Origin: Vicugna vicugna
Taxonomy: Eukaryota
Assembly: GCA_013265495.1 (NCBI GenBank)
Contig: MU058584.1
Location: 186,001-250,000 of the forward strand
DNA length: 64,000 bases
Reading direction: 5' to 3'
Below the pieces are notes generated by a model that saw nothing but the letters and a program-made list of their open reading frames with translations, made no database searches and was not told the origin of the DNA. Position 1 is the first letter of the stretch. Every line of letters starts with the position of its first letter. The position numbers were made by a program, and so were the translations under genes. Positions 27,555-39,560 of this stretch are shown in pieces.

Positions 27555-27915
27555 TTTTATGCTCTCAAAGTTGTATGCAAGGGTTCCATTTTCTCCACGT
27601 TCTTAACAACACTTATTGTTCTCTGTCCTGATTATAGCCATACTGGTGGGTATGAAATGATATGTCAGTTGTGGTTTTGATTTGCATTTTACCAGTGGCT
27701 AATGTTGAACATTTTTTATTGCTTTTTGGCCATTTGTGTATCTTCTTTGGAGAACTGCCTTCTCAGATCATTTGTCCATTTTTAATTTGATTATTTGTCA
27801 TTTTATTATTGGGTTGTAAGAGTTCTTTATATATTCTAGATATAAGTCCCTTATCAGATATATGACTTGTAAATATTTTTACTCATTCTATAGGTTTGCT
27901 TTTTCACTCTCTTGA
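27555..27915 (-). mobile_element. Old L1 ORF2 3'-region fragment ending in an inverted duplication
   Basis: gggttccattttctccac...gtggttttgatttgcattt...ggccatttgtgtatcttctttggagaa...gagttctttatatattctagata. Confidence 0.85.
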
Positions 27916-28009
27916 ACAAGCCATAGAATGAGTAAAAAATTTGCAAATCATATCTGATAAGGGACTTATATCTAGAATATATAAAGAACTCTTAACCCAA
28001 TAATAAAAT
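27800..28009. repeat. Inverted repeat, ~95-bp arms, ~18-nt loop
   Basis: 27817-27861 is the exact reverse complement of 27950-27994 (45 bp). The arms extend on both sides with a few small indels and mismatches. Confidence 0.95.
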
Positions 28010-28495
28010 ATTATTATTATTATTAACTCTGGTTAAAGTTTGGTTTCCTGAACTTTCTGCGAAATTTTTTAAACATCTAAAAATGTGAAGTAACCTGAAA
28101 TTCTATGAAGGTAGAACTAGATTCTAACTTAAGATTGTAACAGAAAATAATAATTGTTATAGGAACCAAATTTTTTTGATTGTTTACCATATACCAAGCA
28201 TTGTGCTGAGTGCTTAACAATCTTAAAATGTAAGTACTCTTATTATTCCTATAATATGGAACATGTAAAGAAACATGCATGAAGAGGTCGAATTGCACAA
28301 AATCAGAGGGCAGCAATGCCAGTGCTTTAAAGTTGGAATGCCAGTGCAGGTTATTTTCTTTACCAGTATTCATCATATTTTGTTTTGTTTCTTTATATTC
28401 CACTGTCATGCTTTTAAAAATAATATTATTTTGCAACTTATGTTTTATCCAATAACAATCTCTAGATTTTTCTCAAGTATGTTGGAACCCAGTCT

Positions 28496-28497
<2 letters not shown>

Positions 28498-28541
<44 letters not shown>

Positions 28542-30676
28542 CAGTTGAAGTATAGTCAGTTACAGTGTGTCCATTTCTGGTGTATAGCATAATGTCCCAG
28601 TTATGCATATATATAAATATATTCATTTTCATTTTTTTTCATTAAAGGTCATTACAAGATATTGAATATAGTTCCCTGTGCTATACAGAAGAAATTTGTT
28701 TTTTTATCTGTTTTTATATATAGTGGTTAACATTTGCAAATCTCAAACTCCTAAATGTATCCCTTTCCACCCTCTTTCCCCTGGTAACCATAGATTGTTT
28801 ACTATGTCTGCAAGTCTGTTTCTCTTTTGTAGCTGAGTTCATTAGTTCTCTTCCCTTCTCTTCTCTTCTCTTCTCTTCTCTTCTCTTCTCTTCTCTTCTC
28901 TTCTTTCTTTCTTTCCCTCTTTCTCTCTTTCTCTCTCTCTCTCTTTCTCTCTTTCTCTCTTCTTTTCCTACTTCCTTTCCTTCCTTTCCTTTCTTTCCTT
29001 TCTTTCTTTTCTTTTCCACATATGAGTGATATCATATGGTATTATTCTTTCTCTTTCTGGCTTATTTCATTTAGAATGACAATCTCCAGGCCAATCCATT
29101 TTGCTTCAAATGGCATTATTTTACTCATTTTTAATCACTGAGTAGTATTCCATTGTGTAGATATACCGCAACTTCTTTATACAGTCATCTGTCAATGGAC
29201 ACTTAGGTTGCTTTCATGTCTTGGCTATTGTATATTGTGCTGCTATGAACATTGGGGTGCATGTATCTTTTTAAATTAGAGTTCCCTCTGGATATATGCC
29301 CTGGAGTGTGATTGCTAGATTATATGGTAAGTCTATTTTTAGTTTTTTTGAGGCATCTCCCTGCTGTTTTCCAGAATGTCTGCACCAAACTACATTGCCA
29401 CCAACAGTGTAGAAGGGTTCCCTTTTCTCCACACCCTCTCCAGCATTTATTGTTTGTGGACTTTTTAATGATGACCATTCTGACTGGTGTTAGATGATAA
29501 CTTATTGTAGTTTTGATTAGCAATGTTGAGCATTTTTTCATATGCCTATTGGCCATTTGTATGTCTTCATTGGAGAACTGTTTGTTTAGGTCTTCTGCCC
29601 ATTTTTGGATTGGGTTGTTTGTTTTTTTCTTATTAAGTTGTATGAGCTGTTTATATAGTCTGGAAATTAAGCATTTGCAAATATTTTTCTCCCATTCCAT
29701 AGGTTGTCATTTTCTTTTGTTTATGGTTTCCTTATAAGTTTAATTAGGTCCCATTTGTTTATTTTTGCTTTTATTTCTATTGCCTGGGTAGCCTGCCCTA
29801 AGAGAACATTGCTAAGATTTATGTCAGAAAATGTTTTGCCTATGTTTTCTTCTAGGAGGTTTATAGTGTCTTGTCTTATAGTCAAGTCTTTAAGCCATTT
29901 TGAGTTTATTTTTGTGTATGGTGTGAGGGAGTGTTCTAACTTCACTGATTTTCACACTGCTGTCCAGTTTTCCCAACACCAGTTACTGAAGAGACTGTCT
30001 TTTCTCCATTGTATATTCTTGCCTCCTTTGTGAAAGATTAATTGACCGTAGGTCTGTGGGTTTATTTCCAGGCTTTCTGTTCCGTTCCATTGATCCATAT
30101 GTCTGTTTTTGTGCCAGTACCATTGCTGTTTTGATTACTGTAGCTCTGTAGTATTGTCTGAAATCTGGGAGGGTTTTACCTCCAGCTTCATTCTTTTTCT
30201 TCAGTATTGCTTTGGTAATTCTGGATCTTTTGTGATTCCATATAAATTTCAGGATTATTTGGATGACATGATACTATATGTAGAAAACCCTAAAAGATCC
30301 ACACAAAAACTACTAGAGCTGATAAAAGAATTTGGCAAAGTAGCTGGATACAAGATTAACATACAGAAATCAGTTGCATTTCTTTACACTAACAATGAAA
30401 TATCAGAAAAAGAGAGTAAAGAAACAAACTCTTTTAAAATTGCATCCAAAACAATAAAATACTTAGAAATAAATCTGACCAAGGAGGTGAAAGACTTATA
30501 CATGGAGAACTACAAAACATTGATTAAGGAAAATAAAGATGACTTAAAGAAATGGAAAGATATCCTATGCTTTTGGATTGGAAGAATCAATATTGTTAAA
30601 ATGGCTATACTGCCCATGGTAATGTACAGATTTAATATGATCCCTATCAAATTACCCATGACATTTTCCCAGAAAT
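28498..30676 (-). mobile_element. 5'-truncated, 5'-inverted (twin-primed) L1, ~2.2 kb
   Basis: T44 tail at 28498-28541. Antisense 3'UTR and ORF2 C-terminus run to ~30260 (ORF track: [25 protein letters not shown]). Sense ORF2 RT segment at ~30261-30676 ([11 protein letters not shown]...GYKINIQKS...[14 protein letters not shown]). Contains stops and frameshifts. Confidence 0.95.
28846..29017. repeat. (CTTCT)n / (CT)n / (CTTTC)n polypyrimidine microsatellite inside the L1 3'UTR
   Basis: About 170 nt, almost purely C/T. Confidence 0.95.
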
Positions 30677-30961
30677 AGTCATTCACTTCTACTTTTAGAT
30701 TTCTGCCTCTTTAGAATCTCTTAGTTTCTGACCAAATCTTTTCATTAATATAAACTTTGGATTTTTTTTTGGCTGTCCTCTCCAAATTGGCCATTTTAGA
30801 CTAATTCTATATTTGTCAAAGTTTAAAAAATATTATAAAAGTAAAATTGCTATTACAGAGTGAGTAAATGTCTATTTCATACTTTTTAAATATCTTTTGA
30901 ATGAGCCACAGTTAAGAATTTAACTGATCTATATCTCCATTAAAATGTATAAATAGCTCAA

Positions 30962-31536
30962 TGTATTAGTTGTATATTGTTCTGTAACAAATTATCCCAA
31001 AGCCTGATGGCTTAAAACATTTATTATTTCACAGTTTCTGTGGGTCAGAAATCCAGGTGTAGCTTAGTTGGATGCTCTGGTTTAAGGTCTCTCCTGAGGT
31101 TGTAGTCAAACTGTCAGCTGGAACTGCAGCCTCATTCTTAAGGCTCAGCTTAGGGAGGATCCGTATCCAAGTTCACTCACATGGTTGTTGGTGGGATTCA
31201 ATTCCCTGTTAGCTGGTGGCCTGAGAGTTACATTTTCTTACTGGCTGATGGCCAGAGGCCTCCCTCAGTTCCTCGCCACGTGAGCCTCTCCATAGGACAG
31301 CTCACAACACGGCATCTGGCTTCTCTTAGAATGAGCAAATAAGAGAATGCTCAAGATGGAAGCCACGGTCTCTTTGTCACCTAATTTCAGAGTTGATACC
31401 CCATCACTTTCACTGTATTCTGCTTTTTAAAAGCAAATCATTAAATGCAGCCCACACTCAATTGGAGGGAATACCAGGGGTGTGAATACCAGGATGTGGG
31501 GCTCACTAGGGGTGATCTTAGAGGCTGCCTATCACA
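30962..31536 (-). mobile_element. Apparently full-length solo MaLR LTR (MLT1F-like)
   Basis: TG...CA termini (tgtattag ... ctatcaca), 575 bp, flanked by ctcaa/ctcag (5-bp TSD, one mismatch). Contains cacagtttctgtgggtcagaaatcc. Confidence 0.85.
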
Positions 31537-34500
31537 CTCAGGGAATCTGTTGTCCAGTCATGGAGTACTCAAAAGTCATGGTGGCAGAATATTGACTTAC
31601 ATGATTCCCGTCATGCAAACAGGTGATAATTTTATTTTCAGAAAATATGTATTATAAGCAGGTCTCCATCCTAAAATATATGCATATGTGTATATACAAT
31701 ACATCTGAAGTGTGAATATCCACTATTTGTTAATTCATTTTTATCAAGAAAGGGCATTAAAGTTCTGAGACACAGTTAGAAGAGAAATTTTTATGTGCAG
31801 TTTCATTTTTTTCCCTTGACTTAGAAAGATTGACGTTTTTCAGTTTTAGTAATGGAAAACTTTGGCCAATGTAAAGATGATTTTTTAAAACATGTTCAAC
31901 ATGCAAAAAATGTTTTCCTTTCTCTTAAATCATACTACAAACTTCAGTTCTAATTTAACAAAATAAGTAGTTCTGAATGGACTTTAAAAATTCATTTACT
32001 CAACAAGGCTTATTAAGCTATTCTCATAACTTATTATAAGTTACACTTGTAATAAAGTCCATACTGCCAACTTTGGCCTCCATAGCTCAGCTGACCTCTG
32101 TCCATCACTCCAACTTCATTTCTTCTATCACTACTACCCCCATTCTATTCCCAGCACACAGTCCATGCTCATCTTCAGCCTGACTACTTGATCATGCTTC
32201 AGGTCTTTCCATGTTTTTGGAAACCTCTTAACCCAAATCATCACATGACTTACTCCTTCCCATCGTTTACTTCTCTGTTCCAGCATCACTGCCGTAAGGA
32301 GGCATTCGTTCACCACCCTTCACAATATAGTAAAGACCATCAAAGGCCAGGGACATGGTAAAAGTAACGTTTGAGAAAGTTTAACCTGCTGACAGTGTCC
32401 AAGATGACTTGTGTGGAGACAGAGGCTGGATTAGAAATGGATGAGCAGAGCCCACATTAGGAACTTTCACACTCATTCAGATGTGATTTGATAATGATGT
32501 GACCTGGAAGAAAGTTTTGGATGATGTACTCATAAGCTGAACACAAGACACTACAGAAGATGGCAAGTAATCTGCCAAAACCATATTATTTTTTCTTGAC
32601 CATTTAATTGAACTCGGGTTCAAAGGACCCTGTTCAGCTTCTTGCATACAATTTTGTCCATTCTATAGCCTTTGCCTTAGAGCCTTGCTCAAGAGAAATG
32701 GTTCCTCATGAACGTAAATGTCATGTTGATAAAGGACTGGGAACTTCATTCCATGGTTATTCTATGGTCATTTCTATTTAGCACAGGGGAAATCTCTGTC
32801 TATGAGCTTAAATGGAAAACATCTGCTATTAGCCTTTTGGTTTGCCTTACTATTATAAGGAATGAACAGAGTCAGTCTTCCCCGAATGGCAATCCAGTTA
32901 CCTTTGTATGTTCAGTGAGATTACAAACCACTCTTCCTGCTTCTGCACTTGAGTAGAGAAGTCTCATGGATTTTCAGAGTTCATGTCAAGCATTCAGGGC
33001 TACTGTGGTGATCTGGGTTAGCTCCCCTGCCTGTCTCTGTAGCCTACTGAAAGCCTAGATATTCTTTTAGACAATTTTTGTTGTACTCGTTTTGGTTTTG
33101 TGTTTTCTGGAATATATGTGAGGTTTTCTTCATATATGGTTTTTCCTCACCCATCTGTGCTAAGGATGTTTTTGAGACCACAGAGATGTTATTGTGGGTA
33201 AGTAGGTCAACCTGATGAAGAATCTTCCAGTCCTCTAAACTGATGAATTTGGCAGTCTCAGATTTAATACAGTTGATCCTATCATAAAAATTATTATCAA
33301 AGAATAGAAAATTGGTGAATGCAGTTTTTCAAAAAGGGAGTTAGTGAAAACTTGATTGAGGCCAGCTTTTGTGCTAAGACTTCCCTGACAAGTTCACAGT
33401 CATCTGTGTGATTACCTGTGAGAATGTATGTTGTTATCATCATGTAGGGAAGTAAAGGTTTCATTTTTAATACAGGCCACTATATTAGGGAGTAGCATGG
33501 ATGCTAGTGCAGAAACATATAGTGGTAGACGAGTCATCTGTGAAACAGCATAGAGAGTGACAGTTGGAAACTAAACACCGATCGAGCCAGTGGGTAAGTA
33601 CTGGTGGCTAATTACCTTTGGCTAGTGTAGAAGTAACACATGTTGCTTTGTGAAGAAAAATTTTAATGAGGACACAGTGGTTGAAGCCACACACATGTCC
33701 TTTCAATGAGAAGGAAGACTCTGCCTCCCCCATACAAAGCAAAAGCTCTATCCAAGCAGGTGTGTCTGTTTCACACGAGGACTCCTGGGAATCTGAGCTG
33801 ACCCTGGTGAGCCACCCAGTAGTGAGACCACCTTCGTTGTGGGTAAAGCTACACAAATGGTCTTTGAAAACCAGATCTTCCCTCTGGTTTATGATGTCAC
33901 TGGATTGTTGCTGCCTTCCTTCATACTCCTTTAACAGAGCCTCTTTACAACTCAAACCCTGATAAAGAAAACTTTGATAAAAATAGGAAATGCCAAAGAA
34001 GTAGCAGGAAGTTCTTTATCAGGAATAAACCCTACTGATTAGTACCCACTGAGTAGCAGGGGCTCAGCTAGAGGAAGGAGTGAGTCCTTCAAAGTGCCGT
34101 ACATCTGTGTGTTGTTGCTTCCAAGGCTCCTTCAGTTCAGACAGAGCTTCTGCTGGACGCACCACATACTTCCCCAGCAGGCTTTTAAGGAAAATGTATG
34201 GCCAGCACCCTCTGTGTAAAGGCCCATAACTCTCAGGAGTGTAGGTTCAACTGTAAGGTTTTTCCATAGGAGTTATGATTTGGTGCTTTTTCTTCTTCTA
34301 AGCTTCCTTCTAATTGTTTTTCCTCTTGTTCTTACCCTCAGTGATTTATTTTTTTTCCCTGTATTTTTCACATGCGTGTGGAAAGAACAAGTATGTTTCC
34401 ATGGCACTTAGCATGTTACAAATGCGTTGTTTTCCAAGGAGTAAGCTCATTCTTCCACTGACAGCATTAAACCTACGTTCCTAAGGTAACCCGTGTTTTC

Positions 34501-34861
34501 CTGGGGGCAGGGCAAGAGTCATGACTGGCTTTCACATTCCCAGCTTTGTTCCTGGGGAGTCATTACCCATTATGTTAATTATTCCCAGGAAGTTTCTCCC
34601 CAGAAATAACTTACTTCTCTCCCTATCCTCCTTCCAATTGACTTTCCATTACAGCTAGAGAAAATCTGACTTTACAGAGAACTCTGATATGTACTGCACA
34701 CAGTTATAAACAAAGGTGCAGATGGGTTTCAGTAATTTGTATGAAATTGTCACAGCGTTCTTTAGATTAACAGGTACTTATAAAGTAGGCAGGATATTTT
34801 TTGTTCCATGTCAATTATAACACCACACACTTGAAAATACTCAAGAGAGACATGCATATAA

Positions 34862-35055
34862 GCATGGGTTTTTGAGACCAATGGACATAGGTGTGAATCC
34901 CAGCTCTTCCTTAACTGTATGATTTGCTCACTTTGCTCCAAGTTTTAATCTCCTCTTATGAGGTTGTAGTGAAGAATGATTTACTATGTTATGTAAATTG
35001 CCTAATAATATGTCCAACATATGAAAGCATACATAATAGATTCTCAATAAATAGT
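34862..35055 (+). mobile_element. MIR fragment
   Basis: ggtgtgaatcccagctct...gaggttgtagtgaaga...ctcaataaatag. Confidence 0.55.
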
Positions 35056-35234
35056 GACAGTGCACGAACATTTCTAATAAAAGGGCATTGATTATCTCTA
35101 GAGATGGTCCATTTTGTTTTCAGACAGCTACAGATGTTAGGAACTTCTTTCTATATTGCTCCAGAATCATGCTTCTCAATTATTGGTTCTAGAACCATTA
35201 AAAATAATTTACAGGGAAGGAAGTTTGTACCTCC

Positions 35235-36090
35235 AACCTCAATCTCACCCCTAAACTCCAGATTCAGTTATCCAACTGCCTATTTAAGTATCTCCAGTTA
35301 GATGATGCCTAGGCAGCTCTCCCTTAACCAGACTCCCTCATTTCCACCCCCCAGTCTTCTGCTCCCATAGTCTTCCTATCTCAGTTAATGGCATATCTAT
35401 CCTTCAGTTTGCACAGCCAAAAACCTTGGAGCATCCATGGCTCCTTTTTTTTTTTCTCCCACACCCCACATCTAATTAATCCCTTTATTAATTCTGATGA
35501 CTCTACTTCAAAACATACCCTGAAGCATGCCTCTGCTACTTCTCACCTCTGTGCCCCACTGCTTTGGACCAGATATCATCATACCTAGATCCTTCAACAG
35601 ACTCCAAATATTTTCTGCTTTTACCCTTGACTTCTTTAGTCTATCCCCAACACTACAGCTGCAGTGGTCCTGATAAAACATAAATTAGATTATGTCTCTC
35701 TTCTGCTCAAAACAGTACCTTTCTGTCTCACTCAGTAAAAGCCAGAACCATGACAATTGCTATACAACCCTCCATAAGTCTGACCACACACACAAACATG
35801 CTGCATTTCTGACCTCATTTTCTACTCTTCTACCCTGTTTTTTTCCTCCCAGAACCATGACAATTGCTATACAACCCTCCATAAGTCTGACCACACACAC
35901 AAACATGCTGCATTTCTGACCTCATTTTCTACTCTTCTACCCTGTTTTTTTCCTCTCCATGCACAGTGTCCTCCTTGCTGTTCCCAGAACATGCCAAACA
36001 TACTCCCACATCAGGGCCTTTGTATTTACTATTCCTTCTGCCTGGAGTGCACTTTATTCATCTCTTTCACTGTCTAGGAATCTTCTCTGT
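35235..36090 (+). mobile_element. LINE-2 fragment containing a tandem duplication
   Basis: aactccagattc...tccaactgccta...ctccttgctgttcccagaacatgccaa...tcagggcctttgta. Approximate. Confidence 0.75.
35742..35955. repeat. Perfect 2 x 107-bp tandem duplication
   Basis: 35742-35848 is identical to 35849-35955 (ccagaaccatgacaattgc...tgtttttttcctc). Confidence 0.97.
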
Positions 36091-36761
36091 GAAGTCTTCA
36101 GCTGTCATTTTTTTGTCCAAGATTTTATGTACTAATAGACCTAATAGGACTCTTAGCTAATGGCAGTTGTAGATTTGGCTTTTGGACTCACATATCTGAG
36201 TATGTTAGAATTACATCTGAAGGAGTAAGTGCCTCTGTATACAGAGTATTTTTTGTGAACAGTTAGATTCCTTCCCCATCTCCTTTTCTACTAAATGTTA
36301 ATGATTTTCACAGCACTTGAGATTTCCCTGTGACTCTAAGAGAATACAAGAGCATAGAAGAATACAAGGATTTTCAGGGAAATGGTCCTATTTCTCCAAT
36401 GGAAAAAATACACCAAAGTTTTTAATCCATTGGTTCCAAAAATATAAGATTTTAAAAGTTTGTAGAAGAAAGTTAAGTCAGACTATCAAAAAGATTTTTT
36501 ATAGGCACTAATTTGTAAATAAGAAAGAGTCCCACAAATTACCCCTGTTTCTATTTGTAGCATAGTGATAGCATTTGTGCTATTAATTTGATGTTAAGGG
36601 TCTCAGGTTTAACAGCTTGAGCTGCCATTCCTTTAAGACGAGTTTGGATTATCTTTTTAAAGAAAGAACTACTTCTTTATAAAAATTTAAGTATGTCATA
36701 CTGTATTTCAAAGCTTAGCTTTGCATGCTTTTTTTTTTTTTGATGTTACAGCAGCTTTATT

Positions 36762-37124
36762 CTTTTTTAAGTATATTTTCATTGAAGTACAGCCAGTTTA
36801 CAATGTTGTATCAGTTTCTGGTGTACAGAACTTCAGTCACATGGGAACATACATACATTCATTCTCATATTCTTTTTCACCATAGGTTACTACAAGATAG
36901 TGAATATGTTTCTCTGTGCTATAAGTATAAACCTGTTGCTTATCTATTTTATATATACATTAGTATCTGCAAATCTCGAACTCCCAATTTATCCCTTCCC
37001 ACTCCCTTGCCCCTACTGGTAACCATAAGTTTGTTTTCTTTGTCTGTGAGTCTGTTTCTGTTTTGTAAACAAGTTTGTTTTTCTTTTTTTAGATTCCACA
37101 CATAAGTGATATCATGTGGTATTG
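36762..37124 (-). mobile_element. 5'-truncated L1 3' end
   Basis: attgaagtacagccagtttacaatgttg...ctggtaaccataagtttgttttc...gattccacacataagtgatatcat. Confidence 0.88.
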
Positions 37125-37189
37125 TGAAGTAAGCTCTTGCTTTTTTTAAACTTGTCATCATCGTAATTTTGATAATAGTGCTCACTTAT

Positions 37190-37640
37190 TTAAAAAATCA
37201 TCCCTTGATCCTTTGTTTCCTCTGTAGTTATCACTCGTTTCTTTATCACCCTTTTTAGCAGAACTCTTTGAAAGACTCATCTGTACTTTGTGTTTCTTCC
37301 TTCTCTCCTGTTCATTCTTAACCCACACCAAATAGGCTTTCATCTCATCCCTGCACTAAAACTTCTTGTCGAGGCTTCCATCACCTTCATTCTGCTAAAC
37401 TCATTTCTCTGTTCTCATCCTATTCCCAGCAGCATTTGGCACCATCTTGAAATACTTCAGTTGATTTCCACTGTAACCTCCTGTTTAGTGTTGTTTTGTT
37501 TCATCTTATTTCACTAGCAGCTGCTTCTTGGTCTCACTTGTTGACTCTTTTCTTTCTTTTCCCCCAAACTCTAAACATTGAAATATCCCAGGGCTTAGAC
37601 CTTAGCCCTGGTCTTTTGCCTAAATTATCTCATTTAATCC
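37190..37640 (+). mobile_element. LINE-2 fragment
   Basis: cttgaaagact...cccacaccaaataggctttcat...cccagcagcatttggcac...cccagggctta. Approximate. Confidence 0.55.
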
Positions 37641-37644
37641 CATG

Positions 37645-38060
37645 GTATATCAATTACAATATAGGTTAAGCTGCTGTAACAGAGAAACGCCAGAATGCAG
37701 GTGCTTAAATAAGGTGAAAGTTTATTTTCCTTTCCTGTAAAAGTGTGGGTAGATGATCCCACTGATATGATAGCTTGTTAATATTGGAGACCTAGGCTCT
37801 TTTTCTCCTGTTTTTCTGCTATGTTCAACATGCTGCTTTCATTTCCTGGTCCCACATGCCTGCTTTAGCCTTCACAGCGTGTCTGTGTTCTGGCCAGCAG
37901 GAAGAAGAAAATAGGAAGTGAGGGACACATCCCCATCCTTGAGGACACAGGGGTTAAACATTTCTACTCTCATCCCATTGGCCAGAACACAAGTTGCTAA
38001 AGGACCTCTAGGAAATGTAGTCTTTATTGGAGATTTTTCTAAAATAAAGGGCATTTTAAT
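37645..38060 (-). mobile_element. MaLR LTR (MLT1I/J-like)
   Basis: taggttaagctgctgtaacaga...gcttaaataaggtgaaagtttattt...catcccattggccagaac. Confidence 0.7.
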
Positions 38061-38154
38061 GAACCGAAAAGATCTTTCTGAGCCCAAATAAAGTATATGT
38101 TCAATTGCTACCTCTTCTTGAGAGGTCTTACAGTCTGCTGTCATGAAAAAATAC

Positions 38155-38325
38155 TCAGTCTTTGGAATCAGACCTGAATTCAGATGTGATTCTGCCACTT
38201 CACTAGCTGTGTGCTTTGGGGCAACTTATGTAAATCTCTCAGACTCGGATTTCAGGTATAATGGGAACATCCCAGGACTGTCATGAGGATTAAAAGAAAC
38301 AGTGTATGCCAGGTGACCTGGTACA
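38155..38325 (+). mobile_element. MIR SINE
   Basis: tttggaatcagacctgaattc...tctgccacttcactagctgtgtgctttggggcaa. Confidence 0.75.
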
Positions 38326-39044
38326 GTTCTCTTCTTGTTTCCATATCGTTTCCTATTTCCCTGTACTCTAAACTTCTTTACTCCTTTCTAATAAAACCAC
38401 TTAATGCTATTACGTGGTTTAATTGTGTTAATTTCAGAGCAGCCATAGCAACAGAAGTGGCTTGGTACCTGTGTGCATTCTTTAATAGCATAACCATAGT
38501 TAGTTTGGAACATTATAGGAATTGGAAGCAATGTAGGAAATGTAGCAAAGTCTTTAATAATCCCTTGATAATCCCTTGTTTTTCCAAATCATTTTTGAGT
38601 AGCCTATTTTGAATGTTAAAAAAAATAAAAATAAAGATAAAAATTGTGCTTAAGGGAAAACAGTTGTGCCACTTTATTACAAAAGTAGAGAGGTTTTTTT
38701 TTTTTCACTGTGGGTCTAAGAGCCATATTGGACTTTTAAGACTCCTCTTAGATTGGGCTTATGTCTCAGCAACATTTATTAGAGACAAACAAGTCCCAAT
38801 AAGGACAGAATGTGACTCATGCATCAGTGGGGTTATGCTCTAGATGTTGGGCACACGTTAAAAAATCTTTATTCCCTCCGTTTCTCTTCACTGGCAGAGA
38901 TAAAGCAAAACTAATAGACTTCTTCACTCCAAAGGAAAAAAGTCAAGATGTGTAAAACTGAAGATTGAATCATCCGTTTGTTCTTGTCTCCATCCTTCAC
39001 CAGCTCTACCTTCTTTACTACTACCCATTTAAATAAAATACATA

Positions 39045-39560
39045 CCCAGTTCTGTTTCTCACTTCCTTAAAACTCTTCAGTGGCTCTCTGTGGCCACTGG
39101 GATAAATTCCAAGTGTTTCGTGAGCCACTTCTCCTCCCCTCTCCAGCCTCATATCCTCACTTTCCACCTCACACTGTAACTTCAGCAACACCTTGCACAG
39201 AATGTTGCCTCATGACTTCATGTATTTACTAATGCTTATCCCTCTCTAGAGTTTTCCCTACCTCTAGTCAGGCGAAGTATCCTTCAGAGTTCAACTCAAG
39301 TGGCACCTCCTTCAGAAAACCTTCCTTGTCCCCTCCTCACCCCCCAGGCTGGGGAAGGGACCCCTTCTCTTTGTTCTCATTACACCATTGCATACCCGTA
39401 TAGCATTCATGCCACGTGGTATCTGTTTACATAGCTGCCTCCCTTACTACATGGTAAAAGCCTTGATCTGGGGCCAGGTCTTACTCATCTCGGTCTCTCC
39501 AGCACCCAGCACAGTGCCCAACACATAACAGCTGCTAAGTAAATATTTGTGTAATTGAAT
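39045..39560 (+). mobile_element. LINE-2 3' end
   Basis: Ends ccagcacccagcacagtgcccaacacata...aaatatttgtgtaattgaat. Confidence 0.8.

Noticed and set aside
28714..29035. Lys/Arg/Glu-rich ORFs
   Set aside because: Translations of the purine strand of a microsatellite.
29312..30033. Cluster of overlapping ORFs
   Set aside because: Broken L1 ORF2 pieces and their antisense frames.
30109..30678. 189-aa ORF with a YLDD reverse-transcriptase-like motif
   Set aside because: Chimeric frame across the L1 inversion junction. YLDD arises by chance from antisense sequence fused to the DD of L1 FADD, and the N-terminal RT subdomains are missing. Not a new RT gene.
33608..33962. Overlapping 115-aa and 98-aa ORFs as a possible pseudogene or nested gene
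   Set aside because: No protein family recognised, and no poly(A)/TSD or splice structure.
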